Shown: positions 19,568 to 30,541 of the stretch, one piece after another
How the letters are laid out: every line of letters starts with the position of its first letter
Position numbering within the stretch: position 1 is the first letter of the stretch
Source of the DNA: Tuwongella immobilis
GTDB taxonomy: Bacteria > Planctomycetota > Planctomycetia > Gemmatales > Gemmataceae
NCBI RefSeq assembly: GCF_901538355.1
Contig: NZ_LR593887.1
Location: 1,152,920-1,216,919, forward strand
DNA length: 64,000 nucleotides
Direction of reading: 5' to 3'
Notes under the pieces: generated by a model
The model's input: only the letters and a program-made list of their open reading frames with translations
Told to the model about the DNA's origin: nothing
Databases searched by the model: none
Translations under genes and position numbers: made by a program

Positions 19568-19640
19568 TGGAGGATACGGGAGTCGAACCCGTGACCTCTT
19601 GAATGCCATTCAAGCGCTCTACCAACTGAGCTAACCCCCC
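19568..19640 (-). tRNA. tRNA-Ala (anticodon GGC)
   Basis: Minus-strand read GGGGGGTTAGCTCAGTTGGTAGAGCGCTTGAATGGCATTCAAGAGGTCACGGGTTCGACTCCCGTATCCTCCA folds as a cloverleaf. Anticodon loop ATGGCAT gives GGC. Has the G3:U70 Ala identity pair. 73 nt, CCA not encoded. Confidence 0.9.
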
Positions 19641-19883
19641 TTGGTTGAGAGATTGCATCATAGCGGATTTCGTTCGCGCTTCCAAGGCGAGGTCGCCAGA
19701 AGTTTGGCGTGGATCGATCTGAGGCGATCTTCGGGAATGCAACGCGGGAATGAATGATGCCCAGTCGGTATCAGATGACCGACTGGCGAGGGGGTGAAGA
19801 TTGTGGAGAGATGGGGGAAAAATGAGGAAAGCCGCTGCGAATGAATCGCAACGGCTTTCGATCTCAATCAAGGCAATTTCAAG

Positions 19884-19956
19884 TGGAGGATACGGGAGTC
19901 GAACCCGTGACCTCTTGAATGCCATTCAAGCGCTCTACCAACTGAGCTAACCCCCC
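19884..19956 (-). tRNA. tRNA-Ala (anticodon GGC), identical second copy
   Basis: Identical 73-nt sequence 316 bp from the first copy, with the same 9-nt 5' flank (CTCAACCAA). Followed on the minus strand by a hairpin GAAAGCCGTTGCG..CGCAGCGGCTTTC plus CTCATTTTTCC. Confidence 0.9.
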
Positions 19957-20072
19957 TTGGTTGAGTATGAGTATCGTAACGCAAAACTGGGGGTTGTCAA
20001 TTGGGGAAATCTCGACAATCATCGATAAAGTTCGCGTGGCGAATCTTCCGGTTTTCCTTGTTGAGAGAATCC

Positions 20073-21164
20073 ATGGCCCGTTCTCGATCCCTCGGCGGTG
20101 AACTCGCCAAACAACCCCCCTGGGTGATTGCTCTGGTGCTGATTGTCCTTGCCATTGTCGCGTTGGTCAATCGCTCGAACAATCCGGCCGAGGCACCGCC
20201 CGCGCGGCCGCTTCAAGCTGGGGAGTATTTCTTTGCGTTCTGGAATGTCGAAAATCTTTACGACGACCAGGATGACCCGAAATTGCAAGATGAAATGGAT
20301 GATTGGTATCCCACCGATCCCGCCGCGTGGAAGTTGAAACTCGATCGGCTTGCCGAGGCGATTCTGGCGATGAATCAGAATCGGGGGCCGGATATTCTGG
20401 CGATGGTGGAAGTGGAAAGCGAGCGGGCCTTGGAAGCCCTGCAAACCACCATCAATGCCCGGCTGAAAGCCAATGGCCGCGACGAACTTGCGTATCCGTA
20501 TCGCCTGTTTCGTGAGGACAATACCGGACGGCGATTTGCGCCGGCGATCCTCAGTCGGGTGCCGGTGGATAACAACCGCACGCGCAAGGTCGGGGGCAAT
20601 CGCAACGGTCGCATGCTGGTCGGGCGATTGGAAGCCAACGGCCACGAGCTGATTGTCTTTCCCGCGCATTGGACCAGTCGCGTTTCAGACAAAGACGGCT
20701 CGCGGCGGATGTCCTACGCGGAATCGATGTACGGCGAATATCGGGAGATGGTCACCGCCAATCGCAATGTGGATGTGCTGTTGTGCGGGGATTGGAACGA
20801 TGATTTCACCGATCCATCCATTCAGCAAGGGCTGCACGGCGTCGATTCCGCAGAGAAATTACGTGCGCCAGGCGATTTGCGGACCTGGGTGCTCACGTCG
20901 CGCTTCGATGTCGCCAAGGAAGGGACGTTGGCCTACCGCAACAAATGGAATGTCTTCGATCATCTCGCGGTCAGTCCGGGAATGTTGGATTCCGTTGGCT
21001 GGAGTGTGCTGCCGGAATCCGTGGCGATTTTCCACACGCCCGAAATGCGGAAAGGTCGGCTGGGCGAGCCGCGTCCATTCGGCGATGCCAAGACGCGGCC
21101 CGAAGAACGGGGCTATAGCGATCACTTCCCGGTGACGGTGATTCTCAAACTGAATCAGCCCTAA
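20073..21164 (+). CDS. Endonuclease/exonuclease/phosphatase (EEP)-family protein, membrane-anchored
   Basis: N-terminal TM helix. 'FAFWNVENL', 'DILAMVEVES', 'CGDWN', 'SDHFPV' are EEP catalytic motifs. Confidence 0.65.
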   Translation: MARSRSLGGELAKQPPWVIALVLIVLAIVALVNRSNNPAEAPPARPLQAGEYFFAFWNVENLYDDQDDPKLQDEMDDWYPTDPAAWKLKLDRLAEAILAMNQNRGPDILAMVEVESERALEALQTTINARLKANGRDELAYPYRLFREDNTGRRFAPAILSRVPVDNNRTRKVGGNRNGRMLVGRLEANGHELIVFPAHWTSRVSDKDGSRRMSYAESMYGEYREMVTANRNVDVLLCGDWNDDFTDPSIQQGLHGVDSAEKLRAPGDLRTWVLTSRFDVAKEGTLAYRNKWNVFDHLAVSPGMLDSVGWSVLPESVAIFHTPEMRKGRLGEPRPFGDAKTRPEERGYSDHFPVTVILKLNQP

Positions 21165-22377
21165 CTTGTTGCGGGGCCGATGGTTCCGAATCCGTTGCGC
21201 CTGCGGATGCACCATTGGGAGTATCCGCGGGCGCATCCACGGGAACCTCTGACGACGGTGTAGCCATTGCTTGCGGATCAACCGTTTTCATCCGCAGATA
21301 CACGATGTAGCCAATCAGCCCAAGTCCCAGCGTAATCAGACGTTGCGCCAAGCAGCCGAGAACGCCGATCACTCCTGCGCGGCCCAACATGCTGGTATAC
21401 AGCCACGCATAGGCCGCCTCGCCGCCGCCGACTCCGCCGGGGGTCGGGAATAACGCCAAGACGATCATCCCGACGGGGACAATCAGAAAATGCTCGGCCA
21501 ATGTCCCCGCTGCCTGATTCGGGTCGCCCGTGGCAAACACCCGTGCCGCCAGGTGGAACGTCAGCACGAAGCCGATATGCCCCACCATCGACAGGACCAG
21601 CGCAACCGCAACCGCTTTCGGTTTCTGACGATACATCCAAACCGCACGCCATAATTCCGCCAGCGAGTTGCCCAGTTTGGGGATGCTGAGCAATCGCCCG
21701 GCAAAGCGATCGGCCCGACGTTGGGGCAGAAACCCGAGCAGAATCCAGCCGACAACGGAGATTCCCAACAGCCACAATGCCCGCCGCACCAGCGATTGAA
21801 TCTGCACATTGGCGAACATCGGATCACCCAGCCACCAAAAGATCGCCCCCAGTCCGCCCACAAACCAAAGCAGCCCCCAGAGGCCGATGGCGCGGTCGAT
21901 CATCACCGTGGCCACTGCTACGGTTCGCCGAGTCTGTTCCCGAGAAATCGCCACGGCTTTCAGCAAGTCGCCGCCCACGGAACCCGGTAGAAAGGTGTTG
22001 AAGTAGTATCCCACCAGCCCCAGCCGCATGGCATTGCGTAGCGAGAACGGGAGATCCTGCGCTCGAACGAGCAGATACCAGCGCACGAAGGTCAACAGCG
22101 TTGCCAGCGCACAGACGATCGCCGCCGTCACCAGCGGCAGCCACTGAATTGGTCGTTGCAGCACGGCCCGCAATCCGGGGGTGGCGGTGTACGGTTCCGG
22201 CAGCGGATCGCCGTTCAGAATCGCTTGTTGCGATTCGACCAGATTTTTGCTGGCCGCCAGTGGATCAAATCGATCGTCCCAGTTGGCGAAAATCACCCAT
22301 CCGAGCAGGGCCAGCCCAATGCCATACTTCAACAGTGCTTTGCCATCCACCGCAGGCCCCTTTCTCCCGGTCGCCAT
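21145..22377 (-). CDS. UPF0104 / lysylphosphatidylglycerol-synthase-TM-like (flippase-like) membrane protein
   Basis: 'LPGSVGGDLLKAVAI' conserved motif. Multiple TM helices. Pro/Ala-rich C-terminus. Confidence 0.6.
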   Translation of the reverse strand: MATGRKGPAVDGKALLKYGIGLALLGWVIFANWDDRFDPLAASKNLVESQQAILNGDPLPEPYTATPGLRAVLQRPIQWLPLVTAAIVCALATLLTFVRWYLLVRAQDLPFSLRNAMRLGLVGYYFNTFLPGSVGGDLLKAVAISREQTRRTVAVATVMIDRAIGLWGLLWFVGGLGAIFWWLGDPMFANVQIQSLVRRALWLLGISVVGWILLGFLPQRRADRFAGRLLSIPKLGNSLAELWRAVWMYRQKPKAVAVALVLSMVGHIGFVLTFHLAARVFATGDPNQAAGTLAEHFLIVPVGMIVLALFPTPGGVGGGEAAYAWLYTSMLGRAGVIGVLGCLAQRLITLGLGLIGYIVYLRMKTVDPQAMATPSSEVPVDAPADTPNGASAGATDSEPSAPQQVRADSV

Positions 22378-22524
22378 CCACGCCCACTCTACTTGCCTAC
22401 CAGTTCGCCCCGGTTTCGACAAGCACCCCGGCTCCCGAGCCTTCCGGGCAGGGGAGCGACGTTCGTTTCGATTCGCGGAATGTCCCTGGCGAGTTCCGCG
22501 TATCTAAAGGCATTCGTGATGGCG

Positions 22525-25032
22525 TCAGAACGCGGGGCGGAGTTCGGAGCGACCATCGGGGAAGTGAAGTTGCCAGTGGGGCGTCCAGGCGAGGCCGAAT
22601 TGGGTGATGGCGATATCGGTCTTGCGCGGCTTCAGCAGAATTTCGGCGTATTGTTGGGCGATGCGTTCGGCTTCGAGCAAGAGAAACGCCTTGCGTTGTT
22701 CCCACTCGGCGAGAATCTGATCGTAGTCGGCCTTGGCTTTGAGTGCGGCTTTCTCGGCGGGGGTATGCTCGCTGACGACGATTTTCGACGGCGATGGCCG
22801 ACCACCAGGGAACATCCAGCCAAACAGTTTGCCGACGAGATTGGTCGGTTCCGGGGGCGCGGGCGGCGGTGGAGTCGGCAGTTTGGCGCGCAGCGGGGCG
22901 AGTTTGCGCTCGATGGCGGGGGCGGCGGTGGCGATTTCGCGTTCGGCCCGTTGTCGAGCGGCCACTCGGCAGCGATCGATGAATTGGGCGACATCCTCGC
23001 CCGGCTCGCTTCGCAGGTCGAGTTCTTCATTTTCGAGCAGCGCCAGTTTCGCCTCGCGGTACAGCGTATCGTTCAATTCCTTGCGATAGCTTGCGAATTT
23101 GCGGGCCGAGGTGAACCCTTCCGGGAGCGCGCCCCACTCCGCCTTCGGTTGCGGGGTGGTGGCGAACAGATCGGTGAGTTGATCGGCGGGAGTCCAGAAG
23201 ACGCTCTGCCCGGTGGCGGGGGCTTCCGCCAGAAAGCGATACGTGCGTTGGAGTTCGAGATTGCGGCGTTTGTCCACAAAATGCACGGTGGCGAATCCGA
23301 GTAATCGCGGCAGATAGTGCAGGGTGCGGCCCACGGGCACGGCGGATGCCGGCGTCGGGCTGGCAGCAGGGGCGGCTTGCGGAGTGCGCATCGTCAGTTC
23401 CGGCAACCCGCTGGCGCTGCCGGGGAGTTTCGGCGGAGCGCTGGAGCGAACTTCGCTCGCCAGTGGCAGAATCATGCTGGCGATGCCACTGGGGGCGGCG
23501 GGCATGCTGGGGGCGGTTTCCACCACGGGCGGCGGTGCCTGTTTGAGCAGATTGACCTTGAAGGCGTCGTCTTGCTGGCGGATTTCCAGCGGCGGCTCGG
23601 CGGAGGCGGATTCGGACTCGCGTTCGACGAGTTTGGCAATCTGATCGCGCGTCATCGGTCCACGCAGAAACGACAACGCATAGCGCGTCTGGAAGACCAC
23701 CGGTTTGGGCCGATGCACGCTATGCAGCAAAAACACGCGATTTCCCAGCGAAGAAATCACCTGTTCCAGGTAATTCCGATCGGTGAGACTGCCACGCTCC
23801 GCAGCTACACTCTCCAGGCCGTCCATGAGTCGGGCCTTGTCGCGCTCGGTTTGCAGCTTGCCAATCATCCAGGTGCCCGCGTTCGACAGTGCCTTGTAAT
23901 CGATATCCACGGGGTTTTGCGTGGCCAACAGCACGCCTACGCCGAAGGCCCGCGCCTGCTTCATGAGCGTCATCAGCGGCGCTTTCGTGGGCGGATTCGC
24001 GGGATGGGGCGGCAGATAGCCAAACACCTCATCGAAATAGACGAGCGCCCGCAAGTTCGTGGTGCCGGGCTGCTTGCGAGTCCACGACAGAATTTCATCC
24101 AACAGCAACGTCAGGAAAAACATCCGCTGCGTATCGTTGAGATGGGCGAGATAGAAAATCAGATGCCGAGGTTTGCCGGTCGATTCGAGCATGCTGGAAA
24201 GGTCGAGCGCATCCCCTTCGATCCAGGTGGAGAAACTCGGCGAGGCGAGGATATTGTTGAGCGAAACGGCGAGTTTGAGCCGGTCTTTCTCGGGGTAGAA
24301 TGTCTCGATGTCGAACGCACCAATGCGGTCCATGGGCGGCAGTTGGATGCGGTTAATCAGGTCGGCCAAGTCGAGGTCTTCCCCGCGATTCCAGGCGTGC
24401 AGCAGAATTTGCGCAATCAGAATATGCTCACGCGATTGCACCGGATCGCTGACGATGCCGGTTAGCCCCAACAGCGCGGAGGCGGCGGCGTCGATTTTCT
24501 GATTCAGCAATTCGCGGGCGATTTTCCCGACCGGGGCGGTAAATTGCTTCAGAATCGACAGCGGGTGACCGGCATCGCTTCCGGGCGTGTAGATGCGATA
24601 TTCGGCGGAATCGCGGAATCGTTGGATGCGTTCCGGCGATTGCAATGTGTCGGCCAGCCCCTTGCGGGTGCGCTCGGCGATGCTGGCGGCCAGTTCCGGT
24701 GGCGTCATTCCCTGGCGGCGGGCATCTTCGGGGTCAATCCAGGGGAGGTAGTCTTGCGGTCGAGTTTCGGGAAATTGCAGCAGCAGATTCGTCAGGTCGC
24801 CCTTCACGTCCAGGATGATGCAGGGGATGCTATCGATGGCGGCTTCTTCCAAGACGCTGAGCGCCAGGCCGGTCTTGCCCGATCCGGTCATGCCAACAAT
24901 CACGCCATGGGTGAGCAGATCGCGGGCGTCCATCATGAGCGGGTCGCGGTCGCTGGCGATGGCCCGTTTGGCGATGTCGTACTCGCGGCCCAGGTAAAAA
25001 CATGCGGGTAATTCGATGTCAAAATCCGACAC
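22525..25032 (-). CDS. HerA/FtsK-superfamily P-loop ATPase (DUF853/DUF87-like) with extra C-terminal domain
   Basis: Walker A 'GMTGSGKTGLA'. 'IFYLAHLNDTQRMFFLTLLLDEI', 'YFDEVFGYLPP' (Walker B-like), 'ATQNPVDIDYKALSNAGTWMIGK'. 835 aa. Confidence 0.6.
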   Translation of the reverse strand: MSDFDIELPACFYLGREYDIAKRAIASDRDPLMMDARDLLTHGVIVGMTGSGKTGLALSVLEEAAIDSIPCIILDVKGDLTNLLLQFPETRPQDYLPWIDPEDARRQGMTPPELAASIAERTRKGLADTLQSPERIQRFRDSAEYRIYTPGSDAGHPLSILKQFTAPVGKIARELLNQKIDAAASALLGLTGIVSDPVQSREHILIAQILLHAWNRGEDLDLADLINRIQLPPMDRIGAFDIETFYPEKDRLKLAVSLNNILASPSFSTWIEGDALDLSSMLESTGKPRHLIFYLAHLNDTQRMFFLTLLLDEILSWTRKQPGTTNLRALVYFDEVFGYLPPHPANPPTKAPLMTLMKQARAFGVGVLLATQNPVDIDYKALSNAGTWMIGKLQTERDKARLMDGLESVAAERGSLTDRNYLEQVISSLGNRVFLLHSVHRPKPVVFQTRYALSFLRGPMTRDQIAKLVERESESASAEPPLEIRQQDDAFKVNLLKQAPPPVVETAPSMPAAPSGIASMILPLASEVRSSAPPKLPGSASGLPELTMRTPQAAPAASPTPASAVPVGRTLHYLPRLLGFATVHFVDKRRNLELQRTYRFLAEAPATGQSVFWTPADQLTDLFATTPQPKAEWGALPEGFTSARKFASYRKELNDTLYREAKLALLENEELDLRSEPGEDVAQFIDRCRVAARQRAEREIATAAPAIERKLAPLRAKLPTPPPPAPPEPTNLVGKLFGWMFPGGRPSPSKIVVSEHTPAEKAALKAKADYDQILAEWEQRKAFLLLEAERIAQQYAEILLKPRKTDIAITQFGLAWTPHWQLHFPDGRSELRPAF

Positions 25033-25325
25033 GGCAGCCCCCTGTCGCCAACAACTTACGCATCATTCCCGCCCATTTCGGGCGGTTGACCCGATCTCGG
25101 CTCATTCTACCATGCCGATGCCATCTGTCGAATCCCGTGTGGATGCCCCCCTGTGGATGCCTCTGGCGGGTTCGCGGATTTCGCGATGCGGAATATCGCC
25201 CGATGGCGGATTCGGCGAATCGGCGAACGATCGGCCCCGATTCGGTCCATGGTTGGCGAATCGGGGCGAATGGTTCAAGCGCGGACAACTCGGCTACGGG
25301 ATCGGTGACGGCTGCGCGGCCGCGC

Positions 25326-26651
25326 TCAGCGGCCCGTCTCGGGTTGCGGCATAGCAAACAGGGTTTCATCTTCGCTGGGCCGCGTGGTCAGGTAGAGCAG
25401 CGCGGTGATGCCGGCAGCGATGATTGCCACCATCACCGGACTGAGCCAATCGAACAGCACCCGAGCAATCGTCCAATACAGGCCAAAGTCCTGCTTGCTT
25501 TGCGTCTCGAAATCGAGTCCGAAGTGCTTGAGCAGCATGGAGATCAGCGGTAAGACAAATGCTAGAATGCCGCTAATCAGCACCCAGGTGCGTTGGCGCA
25601 CGGTGACATCCAGCGGAACGGTGGTGATGAGATCGCTGCCGTTGCGAATGTTGACGGTGGCCCCGGTGACTTCGCCCAACACTTGCGGCACCACGTAGAA
25701 GGTCAGGCTCGATTCCGCGTCGGTGATTCGCAGCGGTTGGCGGGGTGGCGAGATTTGGCAGCCGGGCAGCACCGGCTCGATTTCCAAGATGGTCCCCGTG
25801 GCGGCGGTGAAGGTTTCGCTGGTCGCTTGAGCGATCTTCCGCGATTGAAACGCTTGGATCTGCTGTGGCGAAATTTTGACCAACATCGGATAGACCCGCA
25901 TTGGATTCATGCGGCGATAGTAGCGCACCCCCGCTTGACGTGGTGTTTCGAGCGGTGGCGGGGCGGTGATGGCCTCTTCTTCGGCGACGGATACCGGCGA
26001 AATCTCCGCACGGGCCGCGCTGACGGGTGGCCCGCCGGGAGCGGCAGCGCGCTTGCGAGCAGGGGCACGGGAACGCTCAAACTCCGGTTCGCTCGCTGCA
26101 GATTCTGGCGCCATCGATCGGAAGACGGCGGGCGCGGGTTCGGGGGCAGGCGCTGGAGCGGCCGGGGCGATGGGTTTGGGAGCGGGGCGGGCGGGCATTG
26201 GCGCTGACATCGGCGCCGGGAGCGACGGAGGCAGCGCCGATTTGGACGACTCGCCCGACGGGGCTAGCGAGCGATCCGCCGACTCGTCGAAATCCGCATC
26301 CACGTCCCCATCATCGGCCGGGGCACTGAGTTCATCCTCGTCATCCGTCGGTTCGGGGAGGCGAATTTCGACTTGCGTGGTCTGACTGAGTTGGTCCCGA
26401 TGCACAACGACCAATTCCAACGGATCGGGCAGTAAACTGGGAAGCTGCGCCCGCAACGAACGCTGCGGATCGAGCGGCTGACCGTTCCAGAGCAAGAACC
26501 AATCGGCGGTGTCGACAGGATTGCCGACTTCGAGGTGAAGAAACTGTCGCAAGAGCGTCGCGACCAGATCATCGGGCTGAATCTGGGTCGATAGTTGAGA
26601 AACCGAGCCGTGATGAAGAATCGTCAACGAAACCGGTAAACGGTCGCTCAT
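25326..26651 (-). CDS. Membrane protein with N-terminal ubiquitin-like (beta-grasp) domain, Pro-rich linker and 2-TM C-terminal domain
   Basis: N-terminal 'VSLTILHHGSVSQLSTQIQPDDLVATLLRQFLHL......LLWNGQPLDPQRSLRAQ' has a Ubl-like pattern. Long P/A/E-rich low-complexity stretch. C-terminal hydrophobic helices. Sits immediately upstream of the ATPase on the same strand. Confidence 0.5.
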   Translation of the reverse strand: MSDRLPVSLTILHHGSVSQLSTQIQPDDLVATLLRQFLHLEVGNPVDTADWFLLWNGQPLDPQRSLRAQLPSLLPDPLELVVVHRDQLSQTTQVEIRLPEPTDDEDELSAPADDGDVDADFDESADRSLAPSGESSKSALPPSLPAPMSAPMPARPAPKPIAPAAPAPAPEPAPAVFRSMAPESAASEPEFERSRAPARKRAAAPGGPPVSAARAEISPVSVAEEEAITAPPPLETPRQAGVRYYRRMNPMRVYPMLVKISPQQIQAFQSRKIAQATSETFTAATGTILEIEPVLPGCQISPPRQPLRITDAESSLTFYVVPQVLGEVTGATVNIRNGSDLITTVPLDVTVRQRTWVLISGILAFVLPLISMLLKHFGLDFETQSKQDFGLYWTIARVLFDWLSPVMVAIIAAGITALLYLTTRPSEDETLFAMPQPETGR

Positions 26652-26687
26652 CGGCTTCCTTCCGAGAATCGGACATCGAGAACTGCG

Positions 26688-27347
26688 TTAGAGCACGCCA
26701 AATTTCGCAAAGGCTTCGGTGGCGAGCATTCCCGCACGGATGGCATCGCGAACTTCATTCTCGGCATGGACTTTATTCCAGGCGCTTTGAATGGCCGTTG
26801 CTTCGATTTCCTGCGGAACGACGACGACGCCATCGAGATCGGCCACGACCAAATCACCGGGGCAAAAGCGCACGCCAGCGATTTCCACAATGACATCCAC
26901 GTCAATGACGCGCTGCCGGTCTTTGCTGTCGTAGATATTGGTGCCCAGCGCCCAACATGGGAAGCGCATTTCCCGAATTCGGGCCAAATCTCGAATCATC
27001 CCGTCGACAATGACGCCGACACAGCCGCGATTGCGTGCTGCCGTAGACAGTAATTCGCCCCAGATGCCCGATTTATTGGAGCCGGAAGCGGCCGCGATGA
27101 GAATTTCATCCGATTGGCAGCTATCAATCGCCTTCAATTCCAATTCGTACGGTTTGGGATCGCTGTGCGACATATCCGCCCACAGGGTCGTTTTGCAGCG
27201 GCCAATCAGCACTTGATCGCTGCTGAGCGGTTGCAAAGCGAGTCGCGGGGACTGGTTGCGATACCCCAGCGCATCGAGCGCATCACAGACCACAGCCGAA
27301 GTCAGACATTGACGCAAGCGGTCCAGCGGAATCGTCGTCGCGGGCAT
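26688..27347 (-). CDS. RraA-family protein (RNase E inhibitor RraA / HMG-CHA aldolase-like)
   Basis: 'VVCDALDALG', 'GVIVDGMIRD', 'GDLVVADLDGVVVVP' are the RraA fold signatures. Confidence 0.75.
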   Translation of the reverse strand: MPATTIPLDRLRQCLTSAVVCDALDALGYRNQSPRLALQPLSSDQVLIGRCKTTLWADMSHSDPKPYELELKAIDSCQSDEILIAAASGSNKSGIWGELLSTAARNRGCVGVIVDGMIRDLARIREMRFPCWALGTNIYDSKDRQRVIDVDVIVEIAGVRFCPGDLVVADLDGVVVVPQEIEATAIQSAWNKVHAENEVRDAIRAGMLATEAFAKFGVL

Positions 27348-27585
27348 TGCCAAGGCTCTCCTGCAGAATCGAGTCTTTCAAACAAGGTACCGAATCGCGG
27401 ACGGCTTCGCCAGACGAAGGGAGAGGGGAATTCCGCTATTTGGAATCATTTGTCGTTTCCAACCGGCGAAAGGTTCCGTTGAATGGGAGGAATTGCGGTT
27501 TCTGGCCCTTGCCGTATGGTGTCGAACCGGGCGAGCCGGAGCAACCGAACCAGAATCGGCCATTGTCAACAATCCAGGAGTTGTC

Positions 27586-29076
27586 ATGCGCGTTGGCATT
27601 GTCGCACTGCTGCAAGAATCCAATACCTTTTTGAGCCGACAAACCACCCTGGCTCATTTCGAGCAGGATATGCTGCTGACCGGCGAGGCGATTCGGGAGC
27701 GCATGGGGGATGCGCATCACGAGATTGGCGGATTTTTCGCGGGGCTGCGGGATGCGCAAATGGAAGCGGTGCCAATCTTTGCGGCACGGGCGCTGCCATT
27801 TGGCGCGGTGACCGATGAGGCGGTTGCGGCGCTGCTGAATCGGATGCTGGCGGCGGTGGATGCCGCGGGGCCGATTGATGGCATGCTGGTGGCACCGCAC
27901 GGGGCGACGGCGGGTGTGAATGTGCTGGATGTCGATGGCTTTTGGCTGATGAATTTGCGAGCGCATCTGGGATCGAAAATTCCGATCATCGGCACATTGG
28001 ACTTGCATGCGAATTTGTCACCGGCGATGGTCGCCGCCACGAATGCGCTCATCGCCTATCGCATGAATCCGCATCTGGATCAGCGTCAACGCGGTTGGGA
28101 TGCGGCTAATCTGATGGCGCGCACCCTGCGCGGCGAAATCAAGCCAACGCAGGCCGCCGCGTTCCCGCCCCTGATTATCAACATTGAACGGCAAGACACC
28201 GGAAGCGAACCGCTGCAATCGATTACCGAAAAAGCCGATCGCATGCAGGAGCAGCCCGGCGTTCTGTCCAACAGTCTGCTGTTGGGCTTCCCGTATGCGG
28301 ATGTCCCGGAGATGGGCAGCGCCACCCTGGTGGTGACGGACAATGATGCCTCGCGCGCTCAGCATTTGGCCAACGAATTGGCGATGCTGTTGTGGCAGCG
28401 CCGGGAGGAATTTCGCGGGCAGTATCTCAGCCCGGCCGATGCGTTCCGGGAGGCGGCATCGGTCGAGCATGGCCCGGTGACACTCTTGGACATGGGTGAT
28501 AATGTCGGGGGCGGCTCATCGGCGGATGGCACCATCTTAGCGCACGAGGCACTGCGTCAGAATGTCGGCCCGACGTTTGTGACGATCTTCGATCCCGAAG
28601 CGACCCAACGGGCACGCGATGCGGGAATCTCCGCCAAACTGCGGCTGACCATCGGTGGCAAGACCGACACCTTGCACGGGCCACCGCTCGATGTCGAAGT
28701 CGTGGTCAAAGGGCGGTACGATGGCGTATTCCATGAGACGGAACCGCGTCATGGCGGCATGCGCAGCTTCGATCAGGGGCCATCGGCGGTGGTGCAGACC
28801 CGCGATCGTGTGCTGACGATTCTGCTCACGTCGCGGCGAGTCGCCCCGTTCAGCCTGGCCGGTGTGGTGGGCTGCCACATCGACCCGAAGGCGTTCCGCG
28901 TGTTGATTGCCAAGGGAGTGCATGCGCCCGTGGCGGCGTATGGCCCGGTGAGCACGCGGTTGATTCGCGTCAACACGCCGGGATCAACCACCGCCGATGT
29001 CGAATCGCTGACCTTCCAGCATCGCCGCAAGCCAATGTTCCCATTCGAGGGGGAGACGACTTGGCAGGCGGAATGA
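27586..29076 (+). CDS. M81-family metallopeptidase (microcystinase MlrC-like; DUF1485/DUF1485C)
   Basis: '[14 protein letters not shown]', 'LAPHGATAG', 'DLHANLS'. AGGAG 6 nt upstream of the ATG. Confidence 0.75.
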   Translation: MRVGIVALLQESNTFLSRQTTLAHFEQDMLLTGEAIRERMGDAHHEIGGFFAGLRDAQMEAVPIFAARALPFGAVTDEAVAALLNRMLAAVDAAGPIDGMLVAPHGATAGVNVLDVDGFWLMNLRAHLGSKIPIIGTLDLHANLSPAMVAATNALIAYRMNPHLDQRQRGWDAANLMARTLRGEIKPTQAAAFPPLIINIERQDTGSEPLQSITEKADRMQEQPGVLSNSLLLGFPYADVPEMGSATLVVTDNDASRAQHLANELAMLLWQRREEFRGQYLSPADAFREAASVEHGPVTLLDMGDNVGGGSSADGTILAHEALRQNVGPTFVTIFDPEATQRARDAGISAKLRLTIGGKTDTLHGPPLDVEVVVKGRYDGVFHETEPRHGGMRSFDQGPSAVVQTRDRVLTILLTSRRVAPFSLAGVVGCHIDPKAFRVLIAKGVHAPVAAYGPVSTRLIRVNTPGSTTADVESLTFQHRRKPMFPFEGETTWQAE

Positions 29077-29290
29077 GGGTCCGAATGGTCACGGTTTAGC
29101 CATTGGCGGGCAAGAATTGATCGTCTCGCCAGCGTTGGAGTTCCGGGAATGCGGATTCGGGAGCCGACGGTGTGGAGATCATGACCGGATTTCGGAGAAA
29201 AACGTCCGAATTAGGGGGATGGCAAGCAATGGCACATCGTTTGCACCCATGCCTCGGCAAGATGCAAAGCAATTCAACCGAGGGAGATCC

Positions 29291-30271
29291 ATGCGTCGCG
29301 TTCCATCCCCCCGAGTCGCATTTACGTTAATTGAATTGTTGGTGGTGATTGCGATCATCGCCATTCTGATTGGCTTGCTGCTGCCAGCCGTCCAAAAAGT
29401 GCGAGAAGCCGCCGCACGCATGTCTTGTCAAAACAATCTGAAACAGATTGCGCTGGCGATCCACAATTACGAAAATACGCTGCAAACGCTGCCGTATTCC
29501 AAGCGGAGTTCGCTGCCGCAACGATCCTGGATTCCGGATGTGCTGCCGTATCTGGAGCAGGGAAATATGGTCAGTGATGTGAATTATAATCTGAACGCCA
29601 ATTGGTGGGTGAGTGTGCATAACAGCGCGCCGGTGCCGAATCGGACGACGGTCGCCAAACCGCTGAAGGTGCTGCAATGTCCATCCACGCCCAACCCGTT
29701 GCGCATGCAGATGAAAAAAGAAACCAGCGGCGAGGACAAAGTGGGAGCCTGCACGGATTACTTTGCCCCCGAAGGCTGCCATGCGAATATCAATGTGGAA
29801 TTGGGAGCGGCGGCGTTGCCCACCGGAACGGATCTCAAAGGGGTGATGCGTCCGTTTGGCGAACCGAGCAACTTTGCTGCGATCACCGATGGAACATCGA
29901 ACACGATTCTGATCGGCGAAAATGCCGGGCGAGAAGATGTCTACCGCAATCGGCAAATGACTCCGGCGGTGGCGGACAACACGCAGCCGAATTGCGCGCG
30001 GGCGCGGGGCGGGGCATGGGCCACGAACGATAACGCGTATGAAATCGGGCAGCGGATTCTCTGGTGCGCCGGGGCATTCACCACTCCCGCGACCGGGGCG
30101 ATGAAAATTAATGTGACCAACGAATGGGGGTTCTTGTACTATTCGTTCCACACCAGCGGGGCGAATATCGCCTTTGCGGATGGCTCGGTGCGGTTTCTGT
30201 CCGATGGAACGGCACTGCGAACGCTGGCGATGATGACGACCCGTTCCGGTGGCGAAGTCATTTCGGAATAA
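29291..30271 (+). CDS. DUF1559 domain protein with prepilin-type N-terminal cleavage/methylation motif
   Basis: '[52 protein letters not shown]' then 'VLPYLEQ'. Canonical planctomycete H-X9-DG-type pseudopilin. Confidence 0.85.
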   Translation: MRRVPSPRVAFTLIELLVVIAIIAILIGLLLPAVQKVREAAARMSCQNNLKQIALAIHNYENTLQTLPYSKRSSLPQRSWIPDVLPYLEQGNMVSDVNYNLNANWWVSVHNSAPVPNRTTVAKPLKVLQCPSTPNPLRMQMKKETSGEDKVGACTDYFAPEGCHANINVELGAAALPTGTDLKGVMRPFGEPSNFAAITDGTSNTILIGENAGREDVYRNRQMTPAVADNTQPNCARARGGAWATNDNAYEIGQRILWCAGAFTTPATGAMKINVTNEWGFLYYSFHTSGANIAFADGSVRFLSDGTALRTLAMMTTRSGGEVISE

Positions 30272-30541
30272 CCGCGCTGGCTGCGCAAGCGGCGGCCAGT
30301 CAATCCACGAGGGTGCCCGAACATCTGGGTGCCCGAACATTTGTCAGCCGCCACAATCGGGAATTGGCTCGATTGTGGGCGGTGGAATCGGGATAATCCG
30401 CAAATCATTGCCCAATCCTCTCAGTTTCCTAATCAAAATTCTTGAAACTTCCGTCATAAACCGCGATGATCGAAAGGATTCTGCGAATCACTTCCTAGTG
30501 ATGCGAACCGTGCCAATGCCCACAGATGGGGGAACTCGTCG

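Noticed and set aside
19095-19925. 276-aa minus-strand ORF
   Set aside because: Spans both tRNA-Ala genes and their intergenic terminator. Not coding.
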